This document shows, piece after piece, positions 11,787 through 26,604 of a stretch of DNA of 64,000 nt. The stretch comes from Trichoplax adhaerens (Eukaryota > Animalia > Placozoa): NCBI RefSeq assembly GCF_000150275.1, contig NW_002060952.1, positions 1,416,452-1,480,451 of the forward strand, written 5' to 3'. A program made the translations under genes and the position numbers. A model generated the notes under the pieces. The model was not told where the DNA came from, did not search any database, and saw only the letters and a list, made by a program, of their open reading frames with translations. Positions within the stretch are counted from its first letter, which is position 1. The number at the start of each line of letters is the position of its first letter.

Positions 11787-13807
11787 ATGGTTATTTATAA
11801 TTCTGTAAAGTTGTTATGTTTTTCACCATCATTTTGGACAACAATTAGGCCATCTAATTTTTAATGATAGTTGCTATTTTAAATCATGTTATTCTACTGT
11901 CTGATATGGATATCTCTATTACAAGGAAGTAATTATCTACACTGTTAACTTGTAAAGACATTAATTTGACTTCCATATGAGCCTCAATCTGTAGCGTCGA
12001 TATATTTACCTTATATTTTTCTCGATAAACTGGTATCACGTTCCCCCTTGATGCTTGTATCATTATTTACTGTATAAAATACTATAAAACAAGACTGTAT
12101 TCTATGGCTCACAAAGTTGTATACTTAAAACTTTGATAAATGTATATGTCCTTCCTTCAAATTATGATCGTAAACCTCAATAAAATAACCAATTTCAGAT
12201 CTAGAAATAAAATGCCGTACACGACAGACAGTATCATTGACTGGGAGACCTTTGAGACCATTAACAGTATCAAACCTCGGACTAACCATTAATATTGCGA
12301 GTTCTTAAGGAATTTACTCAGAGAAAAAATTGACGTTATTATATTATAGAACATAATGTTGTGATTTTGCTCTTAAACGATACCAGTCATGATATCTGCG
12401 ATCTTTCGTGATAGTAATTGGAATACTAACAGTCTCTTTAGTTAGGAAATAGGGTCAATTTGTAAATAGGTAAATGTTAGCAATCGTTTCTATTCCATAA
12501 ATTAAGAAAGTAACAGCTCACTTTAGACGCTTAGCTCAAAATTATTGGGGGTAGCGTATACATCAATGAACGCCAATTCAGTAAATCAAAACTTTGTTTA
12601 ATGATGAACTTCAATATATCAGTTCAACTAAGGGTTGTAGGGCTTCTTAACATAGTATCAAGGGGTTAAAAAGTTGGATTAAATAGTTATTTCTTAAATG
12701 TATCTACAAGCATTATTCAAGACAATTCTAAGTAAAATCTTAATTTCTCTATAGTTTGATACTGTTGAAGAGTTGTAAATTATCGCACGGTACGTATATT
12801 GCATTGACTAGTATAGACGTACAGTAGAATAATTTCTGGTCACAATCATTCGTATTAAGCCAATAATAGTTTTCGCTTATATTTATTGCTGAAACGTATT
12901 GGGCTGATCAAAGTCTTAGATATGAGAGTATTTGTTATAGACCTATAGGTAGATATTTCTGCAATCGAATTCGATTGGATTTACGTTAGGCTTAATTAGT
13001 TCTCTATGCCAGGTCAGATTTTGTGGTAAAAAATAAAAAACATTGGATTGTTTGTTTTGACCTTAATTCTTCTACCCACTGAAATATATAATAGTAATAT
13101 TTTAACTCATTATACCATATGGCTACTGCAACAAGCGTACCAATCACTGCATGTGCTAATTCAACAGCTTTATATTGATGATGTCATCATCAAGATCTTC
13201 AATGTTTTATCAAATTCTATTTGTAGTATAATACTTAGTAAACCTTATTGCTTTAAACTAGAGGACTATAATATCCTATAAAGCCATCGAAAATTCTATT
13301 TCTAATATAATCGTTGATAAAAAGAGACTTATCCAATTTATAAGCACTCCCTTGGTGATCGCTAATCTGACCTAAGAAGTTAGTAAGTACACTCGCTGTT
13401 GTAAAATGTCGCAATAAATAATATAATCAAAACCGGCGTAATTAATACAATGCAATATAAGATTTTTATATCTTCCATGTTTTTGTTAATCGGAGGTAAT
13501 GTACGTATATCACGAGATTATAAAGAGCATGTGAATGTCCAAAAAACAAAAGTAGTCTTTTTTGCATAATTAAATTACTGAAATTCATCGTTTTAATAGG
13601 AGACCTTATTCTTCATGTTATTCATGGATAAAACATTGTATTTGAGAGATCACCAATAACAATAATTGAATTAGTAGGAGCATTTAATTTATGAGTAATC
13701 CTAGCCTCTTTGCTTTTAAGAATAGAATATCTACCTCGGTATTTTACATACTGGCCATCGGTATAATTCAAAATATAAATTCAAGGGCTTAAAAAAGAAC
13801 TGATGGA

Positions 13808-15941
13808 ATGATGGCTACAGCGACAGGTAATACAACAACAGTAGAACTTGAAGAAACGAATGCCACTGATTTACCTTCCGATAATATAGTAAAGAATATT
13901 GGTAACTGTCCAAATCAAAATCACAGCAATGATACAAATAATAGCGACTGTACTGAATTCAATTGTATCGATAACAAGAATCTCCATCAGCAATCGGTTG
14001 ACAGCGCGATTGAAGAAGATCACCCACGATTAGAAGCCCCGTCTGATGATCATCTATCAACATTAACTAACGACAGCAACCAAGAGGAAAATATAACTGA
14101 TTCTCAGCCTGCTTGTTTGCATCTTCAACCTATTACCAATTGCGATCAGCAAAGTGCAAGTCCGTCAACATCTTCAGAGACAGGAAGCAGACGGTCACAA
14201 ACCACTGAGGGAGATGGATCAATTGGTGCTGAATGTAAGTTCTATTCTATTTCTAAGCTAACTGGGTAAAGTTATATCATTTTTATGATAATCGCTGATA
14301 TTTGCTACGGTAATAAATCGATTCAAGATTACAGTAGCTGATAATAAGCAAAACATACTAGAGAAGCTTTACATAGTTATAGATTCGCTTCAATATTAAC
14401 ACTTAACATAAAGCATGTTAGTTTATTCTGCCATATGTAGATATACTATACAATTAATTATATTTGAGCTTAAATACTTGAGCTTCGCTTTTACCTAAAC
14501 TTTAATATTACTCTATGCATTCTTCGTTTTATTCTTACGGTGTTGATATTGCTTCAATTTATTCCTATGGCGTTTAGATTGATCAACAACCCAATATTTT
14601 ACTCCTCTATTCGCTATCTCATATGAACTGCATCAACATGAATCGATAATTCTAGCACATCTCAATATTAGACTATCTAAATAGAAAACTCGATACAAAA
14701 TACACCATTTTTCTTTTACTTACTTGCGCATTGTCTATAATTCTTACATAGATTTACTAAATCATGGACTAAATTAATATCTAGATAGCTATACTCTAGA
14801 TTTGCATACAATATCATATCAAACGAGCATTCGCTAACACTTTCAAATACCTTCGTAACTGGCCATCTTTACGTTTCTTAATTGCAATAATTGATTTTTA
14901 ATATCAACATTAAAAATATAATTCAACCAGCTCATCCATCATCAAGTGACATGGAGCTGCCACCTTATGATGTCCAGCCAGGGGCTGGCCAAGATCCTGC
15001 AGGATTGCCAGAATACAATAAATATGGCGGCGAATTTCCCCCACTTTACCAAGTCAATCAATCGAACTCATCTAGAAATCCAGAAACGATTCCTATGCTA
15101 AGTACAGGGTTATATGATCCGCCACCGCGTTATGATGACGATAGCTACCAAACTATACCGGATCGCCAACCAACATTACTATCTGACACAGACTGCCAAG
15201 ATGATTTTATGGCTAGCACCATATATATTGACTCACCAATCGATATGTTATGTCCATATTGTCGTAAAACTGTTTGTACCGAAATTCAATATACGCCTGG
15301 TGTTGCAACTTATTTAACAGCAACAACTTGCTGTGTTATAGGGTAAGCCCAATCTACAAGAGCAATAAAGGCTTATATTGAGAAAATTAATACAGTATCA
15401 TAAATATCAGATAGGGTAGTAGATAGATTTACATAATTATAAGTAGTATTTTAATTATTACTACCATAGATCAACTGGATTCATATATAGACATATTAGT
15501 ATGACAAGCTAACTATTTAGTGCAACAAACTGTTGTACCGTAGTATCAAGAGAAATCGCCAACTAATGTAACTTAACGAATGAATTACTGTATATTCCAA
15601 TAAATTATCATGAATCAAAGTGAATTAGCGAAGCGGAATAATGCACTGAAGTAGTCAAGTAATATTCTAGCGTAGTTTCTATTAATATTTCTATCTTTAT
15701 GGTAAATTAACTTAAGCAAAAACCGGATTGATTACGATTTTTGAAACGATATATAAAAGCTATTCTAAAAGTGTAATTGATAAATCTTGGTTACATCGTA
15801 TCCGTTAACTTCTTTATTGAATGATCTTTACATTGTAGAGGTATTATCTGTTGCTTTATTCCATTTTGTTGCCGGCAATTATATGATATTAAACACATAT
15901 GCCCGCACTGCCGCCACACTCTTAAGATATGCCGACGATAA
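13808..15941 (+). CDS. LITAF/SIMPLE-domain protein, paralog 1 (long acidic N-terminus, several PPxY/LPxY motifs)
   Basis: Exons 13808-14234, 14931-15342, 15839-15941. Domain: P..M.CPYC...TEIQYTPG..TYL...CC.IGGIICCFIPFC....DIKHICPHC. Confidence 0.9.
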
Positions 15942-18900
15942 CCAGTTCACTTCATAAGCGTCGATAAACACAGGTTAGTATTAAGTTCGTATCGTAAGTT
16001 ACACTTCGATATAGCACTTATAACTTTATTTCTACATTAGTTATGATAATCTTTGATATTTACGATATACTGTATATATTATACAAAAGATACAATTCAT
16101 CTTATAGCATTTTGTAATTTTATAATATTCAGCTGCTTAGCATGGCCGATATTCAAGGCTTTCCACAGAAATGCCCTGGACCAAAAATATTTTAATGATG
16201 TATTTATTAATATATTTTGTCCACTTTTAGCATCTATACCTGATCATTTCCGCTCAAAGATATCATAAATATTCAACTTGATATGGTTTATAGAATTGAC
16301 GGATGGTCTACTTTTGTTTGGAATATATAAAATTTTTAAAATCTTGGCTTAAGTAAAAATTATCAAGAAATAATGCATAGATCAATAAATTAATATTATT
16401 TGATATATTTTATCTACTTCGGCCTACATAGGTAATAATTCTCATCGATGATACCTATGTTTAAAAGTAAATTCTTGACAAGATTTTATAAAGATATATG
16501 ATAATAGCATTTTTAAACACGTTTTTCTCTTAATAAATAAGGTAATGTATATATACGTATGTAACTGTTACCTGTATACGAACATTGATAGGTGTAGATG
16601 TTTGATATAATTAATAGCATATGCAATTTGAATACAAATACGATTACACTATATTATTACTCGGCATTATATACATTGATAGATTATTTAAATCTGAAAT
16701 TGATTTAAAATGGTTGAAATATCTATAAACTTCATCTTTCACGCGATATAAAATAGCTATGAGAGCTAAGTTATCAAGCTTTATGCGATTTCATTCCAAC
16801 ATGTATTCAGGTCATTACTCAACCAGCCCTGTCATTTAGTTTTTTTAACATTTTAACTATTGTGTAGAAAACTTTGAACAACTTTTAGCTAGATTTTATC
16901 ATTAATCATTATAAAGAATTTCATCTACTTTTTTAGTTGCATTTAAATTATCAACATCATCCTGATGCTATTTCATACTATATTGAAAAATTGAATATTA
17001 TTGTCCATAAACAATAAGTCTCTAGCTAATCATAACGTAAATGATATAGACCATCAAATATGCAGCTGCTAATAAATCTCTAATAGAACACGCTAGTAGT
17101 AGCGATTAAATAATAAAACACCATGAAAAACTTCTCATAATAATAAATAGCCTTAACTATTGTAATTTTATGCATAAATGCTCTTATTTCCACCTGGATG
17201 CTACCTTCTTATTATGGATAATTACGCCTTCAAACAATACAATTCTCACTTAGCGTTTTCCTCAAATAGTTGTTACTTTTGGCAAATTAGTCGGTAAATT
17301 AGCCTGCAATATTAAGTATATACGTAAAAATAGCAAAATCTATTTCAAAGAATGTAAATACCGGCTAGTAAAGAGTTTATATAAAATTTCTGGTGGATAA
17401 AAGTCACTCCGCAACTGATTGACTTACTTTAAACGATTTATTGTTAGCTGTAACAATCTTGATATATTAGTTTGATTATGGACGGCAACTTTGAGGTACT
17501 TCACACTGTAGCATACTGTAGGTTATTTTTCTGTAGTGCAAGAATTGGTTTACAGCCCTAGTTGATGATCTACGCAAATGAGAAGAAACTGCTATCGTAC
17601 GGCATAGTCTTTAAGATCTTTAATTATAAAGTTCGCTATTAGTTTTACTCATCAACTAAGACTATAGATTCTTGCCCCGATAGACTAGCATCGGGTTTTG
17701 TCTTCATTGTAGATTACCGTAATTCTTAAAAATATTCCTATAAACTAACGTGACGAGTTCTTATTAATTAACTACATGACTTTAATGATCAGAGAAAAGA
17801 GAATAACAGATAAGATCCATTTGCAGCTATGATAAGTATTAAGTTCCTCTCTAATAAATTAGTATACAGGTATCATATATCATCTATGTCACTATACAAT
17901 CCAATCCTAGATACAATGGCTGCAATATATATATATAAGCCTACAGTATCAGCTAATATTCCAATGCGATTGGTGTCATCTAATATGTTGAATCAATATA
18001 TACTTACCAGTATATTGCTTATATCGCTTAATCATGGATAGATTGTGACTATTCCAATGTATGAGTAGACGCCTATAGTACTACCTGATGTGGTAAATTT
18101 CTATCTAGTTATCCCGAATTATCTGAGCATACAACTTGATGTAATCTAATTCAAGATAAATTAAAAGTATTCAACATGTATCGGCATATCAGCAGTATCT
18201 TCTAATTTCCTAGGATGAATATCATTTAATATGAAATTTTACTTATTTTATGACAAGAGACATTGCCACGACATTTTCCTTTAAACCTCAGATATAATTT
18301 CAGAGTGCAAAGTTAAGCCCTACTTTCCTAATTAAAAAATTAGGATAGCATATAAGTATAAGACTTAATCCAAAACTCGATTCAATATTCTGTTGTCCAT
18401 AATAAACTGCTTTCCGGCCTTTACACGCAATAAAGGCAATTAATCATCATATGGCCTTTATCTTAGCTATACTATTACATGAAAACGGAATACCCGCGGC
18501 GATCATTATTTCATATTGGATCAATTCCTAATAGTAATTTGTTTTAAATCGGTATTCATCATTCGTAATTTACTTAATCTATTACTATATGCACGATTTG
18601 TAATGTTATATTAGGTTTACGATATAAAAATTCCGATTCCTTTCGTATTTCGGACATTTCGAAATCAATAACCTTGATAGATGTATATGAATTTGAAAAA
18701 ATTCTCCATCATTAGGTATTTCGTACCGTATATCGTGAATTTAAATACTGTGTTTACTTTACGTCATACGGAAGAAATATCTATGAAATGATTCCTTTTC
18801 ACTATCCTTTCTTAAAGGAAAGTATTAGGCTTTTATCAGTAATTATCGGATAGATATCCTAGATAAATTGCATTGCATTCAATACTACATTTATTTTACT

Positions 18901-20554
18901 TTAAACTTAAGGAATATCACTAAAATGACTTCCTTTAGCTATCCTATTCTTAAAGGAAAGTGCTAGACTTTCATAGAGTTACGGTTTTGACCGTTATAGA
19001 GTACGCTTCTTTTTGTTCATTATCAGCTACAAGACTACCATTACGATATTCTAAGTCGTTTTACCATAGCAATTAATTTACTAGGATAATTAAAGAGTCT
19101 AAAGCTTTAGGTAGTAACTAATGAAGAAAACTGCTAGATTCAAATTATGATTTATTTCAATAAGTCCGCTATCATACTACAGCAATAAAAATCTTTCGAG
19201 TATGTTCTTCTCCGTAGTTAGTCATATTAATCAATTATTATAATACTAATTCTACATACTACTGGCATTACTACTTATGTAAGAATTATCGTAAATTAGC
19301 AATTATACCGAATTGAGATTTATAAAATAAAAGTTATTAATAGACCATGAAATCAAAATATCAGGTTAACATCTTGCAAATAAAATTTTTGCTCTATTGC
19401 TATCCAATCCACGTCAGTTATCTAATCGAATGCTGGTATTTCCTGAATTCTTGCGTTCTATAAAATTTTGAGCCATATTCTAAACAATGCAGCTTAAAAT
19501 TAAAGCATAAAATTTTGATTACAAGCGATGAGCAAAGTGACTAACTGAACTTGGTTATAAATACCAGACTATTAGTATTATAGTTTAATAATATGGATAG
19601 AGAAATCACGACTATCATAGTGCTAAGAATGCCAAAAGCTTGGGCGAAATATTAATGTAAGTGTTTATCATATTTTAGCTATGTAGAAGACATATCGATG
19701 TCCATGTAGCATAATATTGAAGTAACAAGTTACTTGGATAGTTTCTATGCAATAATCTTTATACAGTATATAAATGACAAAGTGGTACAATATATTTGAT
19801 GGGAGATTTATAGGAATAGTTTAACGTTAAATCGTTTTTAAAAATTTTTGAGTTTTAATCAATAACGGTCATCTTCGTTGACGTTAAAGCTTTTCAGTAT
19901 AACTATTCTTAAAATACATATTTAAGGAATTCTAAACGCATCATGTTAGAGGGTGGATTTAATTGCTCTTGTTTTAAATTTCTAAGATTTTTAATCAACT
20001 ATGATCATATAGTCTTATTCTGCAGTAGCCACCTCCAATAATAATTATAATATGATCGGTACAAATATTAGCTAAGCAGTTTATTGGATATTTATCATCG
20101 TAGAATTTATATATCGGTCTTCATGTAGCTTTAAAAGAGAAATAGCAAATGCGATCTCTTCAGCCTACATCTTTTAACTATACAATTGTAAATTGCAATA
20201 TTTAAGAGAAACGTATATGGCATAGTGCCATGTGTACATTAACTTAACCTTACGTTTCAAAATCATGAAATTTTTATCAATCATTATTATAAAACTATAA
20301 TTAATCTCTTGTACAGTAATTTTTGACATCATTTTTATACGTACTTGAAAGATAAAGATATATTAGCCAGCTAACTGTAGCTAGCTGTGATCTATTTAGA
20401 GATTTAAAGTTATTGCTCATATGACAGTAATGTGTAAAGTATCTACATATTGCTGGATATGAGAAATATAGGGATCGAATCATATTGCTTATCGAAGATA
20501 TTAATATCAGAGAGTAAATGATGTACAGTTCAAATCAGAAATGGAATTGTCAAT

Positions 20555-23500
20555 TTAGTTACACATACTCCAATCTATCAAAGACTGGCAATTAAATTGC
20601 ATTTTGCAACTTGAGCATCTTCCATCTTTTGAAATCTCTTGCTGTTGACTTTTATTGCCTAGGCAATTGAGTTTTTGACATAAATTACATTTAAGGTAGA
20701 ACTGACATTTATATTGTCGTAATCTATAAATTCTTTGCTTAGCAGCTGCCTCTAATTTCTCTCTTATGAAATTTTGCGGACGCTTTTCAGAAATCGCCAA
20801 CTTAATCTCATCCAGCTGATTTGTCGATGATGGCTTAGATGGTTCATAGAAATAGCGTAAAGCAATATGGCAATCCTGTTTCTTTATCAAAATGAAATAG
20901 CGATCATCTTGGAGATAGAATTTAGCGCAACGATCACGCAGTTCTACGTCAACATTTTTCCATTCTTTTACAAATTTTGTCAAGAAACAGTCATAAACAC
21001 CATCTGCAAGGTAGGTAATATCTTGCGAATCATAACCAACATAAAGCCATTCTGAGACTTGATAGCGACTTAAATTAAAATCGTGAGCTTGAACATCTAA
21101 TAATTGGGGTGCAAAATATCTTCTTTGGTCGTCTTTGCAATCAGGATTTTTAATTTCGCAAATAATATCAGCCATTTCCATGGATTTAATGATGAGCTCT
21201 TTGAAAATGGCTGCACCAAATCGGACCACAACACTATCAATGCAATTTTCTTCCAAGATTCCAGCCTGGCGTGCGTTGTAAAAACATCGCTTAATGGTTA
21301 AATTTTGAGCTCGGTGGCCATCTAGTATTATAAATGCACGAAGTATTCCTAAATACCAATCGATCGCAGTGATCACTATACCATCGTCACCATTGGGGTA
21401 ATACAGGATTATTCCAATATCATGTAAATAGAGTAACATATTTTGGACATCTTCTTCACCGAAATAGATTCCATAATTTTTAACCATATCGCACACTTGG
21501 GAAAGTAACATAATTTTATTGACTTCCTCGCCATGAAACTGATTACCACCCGGCCTTGATGATGAAACATTATCATCTTGTGCCAGACGCAATATTGCTG
21601 CTGTAATATACCATCGAATGGGTACAGGATTAGTGATGAAAGGGAGACAGTTTGCAATTACTGTAATAAATTTATGCAACTGGTGACAACATTGTTGACG
21701 TTCTTGTATTGCATTCTGGCTCTTGTCGTCTGGATTGCAATTAAAGATGATATCTGTTGAGAAAATATGTTGCTTATAATCGGATGGTAAAATGGAGAGT
21801 AAATTGGATTTAAATTGTTTAAAATGATGCCTTCGTATATCTTGATTTTCAATGAGATCGCCATGAGATGCTACCAGTAAGATGATCGGTAGGGCTAACT
21901 GATGATGAGTAACACCTATTTTAACGTTAATTCTTTTCTTCGTTGGGTAACCATCAACGATCGAAAATACCCATTCTCGCATTACACTTCGATAGGTCAT
22001 GCTGGTTGGGTAACCATCTCTTGTCTGTACTTCTTCATCCATCTCTTGAGCTAGATTAAAAACAAGAATGTAAATACCATTGACGGGCATAAATGGCTGA
22101 TGACTCAAATATTGATGTGCTCGCCAACCGAAATGCCATACAGTAACATATTGCTGGCGGATAGCATTAATGCGACTTTGTATTTGATTATGTAATTCTG
22201 CATCTGCTTTTGAATCTTTATATTTTTCTTCATCATTAGGATCCCATACAACGAAGCCATTTTTTGCATCTGGATTGGCTTTTTTCACCAAAGCTGTTCG
22301 TATGCTTTCCAATTTAGCACTTTGTTGAATTAACTCCATTCCAGTAATTGTTTTCTTGTCTAATTCTCGACGATAATCTTTCCTTATTTCATGTTCACAG
22401 GGGTAATAACCAGCAATATTAGCCATGTTATAAAACGTAACTCTTGGAGTCTGTGAAAGGATATCTTTCATGATTTCATCTTGAGATAATAACTTGGCAA
22501 TGAAAGATTTCCCCGCACTTTGAGAACCTAATAACATTATTCGCATACCATCAGACCGGCAATTTCCTTCGTGTAAATAGGCCCAATAGGACAAGAAATA
22601 TTTCGTATGAAAGAAGCCTACAATAATTGAATATTGACAAGGTAATCAATTATTTAATAATCATTTTGCCGTAATGTAGAAATATTTCTCTGCGGTAATT
22701 ATGATAAAAACACGCTATGATCTTATTTAGATATACCACTTTAGCCTGATATAGCGTTCTATAGATTGATTCGTATTTAAAGATAGCATATATAATCAGA
22801 TGTAATTTCTTTCTACAGCAATGTGTTGGGTAGCACTTAGATACTTAACTAGTTTAATAACATTGTACTTATCTATAATACATAGTAAGCATCATCAAGC
22901 TCTAAATTGACTCTCGACTTTTTTATGAATTATAGGTGGGCTGTGGAAGTTATGGTTAAGCAGATACAGAGCTAGTGGCCCATCGTAACTAGATCAATCG
23001 GTAGAGGCTAGTACTACCGATGAACAAAGATAGTTACGAAGTATTACCTGTAATTTCTCCAAATTTCGGATGGATCATAACACCACCATGTTGCTGCGGA
23101 ATGAGGGGTACAGGTACTAAATCAAAAATAATAGTAGTCGAGTATTTACCCTTTGATAATTAAAGCTGTGAGCATAATCTATAGTTAAAATAATTGCTAT
23201 CGACCAACAAAATGTGGTCCAATACTTGGCATGGAACTTCTTGGAGAAAGAACTACTCCAATTATCCCTAGCAGCGATTGAAAAGTTAAGGCTATTTTCC
23301 TATCCATGACTTACCAACTCCATCAGTATTATAGCGTATTATCTCTCCTATGATTGATCCTAAGAATTCAAGGTGAAAAAATTTACTTAATTTCTTTCTA
23401 AGTTCAAGAATGAACAACTTAATCACTTTATATCTATGTTCACAATATAGCATTACAGAAACCTTTTGCTTTACAACTGGAGGGTTTTGATGGCGATGCT

Positions 23501-24318
23501 TGGGACAAGGGGTATAAGGAATATAATGATGGAATATCAAAGCAGTCGTTACTTTTCCGTGCTTTTTGGCGTAGTTTATCGACAGTTTGTTTTAGTTCAA
23601 GAGCATCGTCAAATTTTCTCAATTTTACTCGAGCATTAATTACACCATCATAGGCCGAGATCGTTTTAGGATGATGTTCTGGAAATATGGTAGCATAAAT
23701 ACCAAGTGCTAACCGATACATTCCGTCACTACTTAGATATTTACCGAGATCGTCGCAAATATGTCCAATAAGGGCATAAGAGTCGCCAACTTCCTCGCTA
23801 TCACAGCCTATTGCATTTAATTTCGCGTTTAGGGATCTTTCAAACATCAATAAAGCTTCCTTAAATTTACCATTTTTTTGATTTTCTACGCCAAGAAGAT
23901 CATAGGTTCGAGCCAATTTCAAACCATCACATTCTTTTACTTTTGATTTTAGCTGTAAAGATTTCATTAAATCACTTAAAATATCTTCATGGCTGCGCTT
24001 TAGCTTTTGCTTAACTTCTCCTTGTTTGTCTAAACCTTCGGCGATTCGAACTTGGTCTTGTAAACTGTTGCCTATTCTAGTTGCTGTTTCAGCGTATTCA
24101 AAGGCTTGCTGATATTGTTCTAGTTGGACACAGGTATCAGCTAAGTCTAAATTTAAGCTGTGTCGAAATTGAGCAAGATCGACTTGATTCTCGAGTACTT
24201 TCATTTCTTCAAAGATTAGTTGAAATTTCAATCTAGCTTGGGTAAAGTCCTTTTTGAGGTATAAGTCAATACCTTCTTGTCTGAGAGCTTTCATGTTAGG
24301 TGGAATAGAGTCTCCCAT
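20555..24318 (-). CDS. TPR-ROC-COR (Roco family) protein with C-terminal Cys-rich segment, about 995 aa
   Basis: Exons 24318-23463, 23116-23048, 22617-20555 join in frame via two phase-1 GT-AG introns (2988 nt). N-terminal ~42-aa kinesin-light-chain-type TPRs. ROC: RIMLLGSQSAGKS, VWHFGW, HQPFM..GIYILVFNL, PIILLVASHGD. COR: PVPIRW, MLLYLHDIGIILYY. Terminal CNLC...CSSC. Confidence 0.82.
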
Positions 24319-25207
24319 GTTGAACTAAATGGTGTGTTGGGCAGTTTAAATCAATTAATCCTAAATGCTTAACTTTGATCTCTTTGTTAAACACTAGATA
24401 GGGGTAAAGTAAAATAGTGATGAAGGTTTCTTTATTACCGATAAATATGTCTCCTAGATAGTAATTACTTTTGATTGATAGACATTTTAACACGGAGAAT
24501 ATTTAATCTTTGATCACTAAGAAATAGCCTCGTTAATAATTCGATACGAGAACCTACTATTGAAGATCAGTAAATTCCAAGAGTCGAAATGTTACAATGT
24601 CTACTTGTTAAATGATAAAATTTTCATGAGCGAATAGATAAAGTACCGGTATCCTCAATTTTCTATGGATTTTCTATCGATCTGACGATGATTTTAGTTG
24701 TAAAAGACTTCTATAGTAGTCAGTCCATTAAAATACCGGTTTATGTTCTATATACAAGATAGATGAAAACTTAAGGCTTAAGAGCATGTTCATGATTGAA
24801 AAGCATGAAAAACTGAACTGATATTATGCCTAATTAATTGATAACAGAATCTTGATGAAATGATGAATATAACATCATTAATTCTCTATGGATATTATAA
24901 TATTTATGGTTATTGAGATTGGAAACCTTCTGCTATTAAATAGTTAATTAAAAAATGTCTTTCAATAAAGCCAAGGTGTACGAGAATATTAGAATAACTT
25001 GAAGGGTGCGGAGCTCTAGTGATAAATGAATTGCTTGCTAAAATCGTATCATCCAATCAATTTGGATTTCAGCAATAAGAGTAGTCGGCGAAAGGTAAAG
25101 AATAGCAGAGTGGTAGTCTTAAGAAGCTTAGACTGAATATTTTGTAGAAAATGGCATCGAAAATGTTGAAGATATCAATGAAGTAAATTCTATAGTTTGG
25201 GTTGAAT

Positions 25208-25620
25208 AATGTAGAATGTCCAAGGTTAACATTTTCTGCATGAAAGCATGCTTTGCCTAACTACTGGATCAGATTAATAATATTATTTCTGTTCTTGTAA
25301 TTAGAATCGTATCCAGAAAATAATCGATAACGTATCCGGTAGTTAATATTTAAATTGGATTGATGATGATGACTAGGCTCAATAGAATAGGATCAAACCT
25401 TTCAATCGTTGATTAATGTAGAATGTTCGAGGTTAAGACTATTTCTCTCCAGGTGCGTGCTTTGCCTAGCTATTGGAACAAATTAGCGATAATATGACTT
25501 TTAGGTACGTAAATTAAGACAGTTTCCAGGGGATAAACTAGAACTGCCTGGCAATTAATATTCAAATTGACTCGATGATGACGACTAAGCTAAAGAGTAT
25601 AGGATCCAAACTTTCAGTCG
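25208..25620. repeat. Diverged tandem duplication, unit about 208 bp, 2 copies
   Basis: aatgtagaatgt..aggttaa..gctttgccta..gatgatgact..ggatc recurs at about 25208 and 25416. Confidence 0.75.
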
Positions 25621-26604
25621 AAGTTGATGAAATCAATTTTTTTACTACCGCAAAAGCTTCACTAACTTGATGATTAACCAGTAAGGAAGCTGAAGGCTGC
25701 CGATCAATAACAAATATCAAACAAGAAAAGTCAATTGGAAATGGCTATTGCTATACTATGGTTATCCTACTGAGATTTATGAAGGTGATAATTCTCATAT
25801 GCTCATAGCGGTCACTAATGCTTAGACGGACAGCATCACATGATCAATTAATTCAAATTTTTTCACCAATCATTCTAAACACCTATTATGATCTCGCGAA
25901 TAACGGAATGGTGTAGAATGGCTAGAATAAAAGCTATAAGCCATCGCCTCTAATTATTATTCAAGAAAGCTAATTGACATTGTATTGATACATTTAGCGG
26001 AGAATGTCGGCTATGCAGTTTCTAGGTTAAGCTTGTTTGAGCTGGTATTCATTCTCTGCTATTGATGTTACTGATGAATATTTGATTGACATGTATTATA
26101 TCATTGTGATTATGAATCATTCGCCAGAATTGCATGTTGGTCGATTAGGAGGTTGGAAAGATCAAAGCACAAGGCATAGCTAATAAGGTTGCGCTTATTT
26201 TGAGGGATTGGTACCTTACGGGGAAAAAATTGCCATGCTAATATTAGTTACTTTTGAATAATGTGGTTTCCTGATTGATATCTACTTCATGCGAATTGAT
26301 ACTGCATGACTATAAACATGATTATAGTCTTGTTAAAAGAGCTGGAAATTACAAATTGGTTAATTGTACATTGTCTATCTTTTAAGTTTGGATGATTGAA
26401 TCATCACGATTTCTAGCTATGGCTTGCTTGTATCTTAAACAATATAATTTTAGCTGTTAGCTCAAAATTGTAATGGTATCTTAAGATGGAAATAGATCTT
26501 CTGAAAAGTTGATTTTGATGAATGACATTAAAGGCATTCGACAACTCGAACATTAAATGGAAAATTCATTCATATTACAACATTAAAGCAAAGATACTGG
26601 ATAT

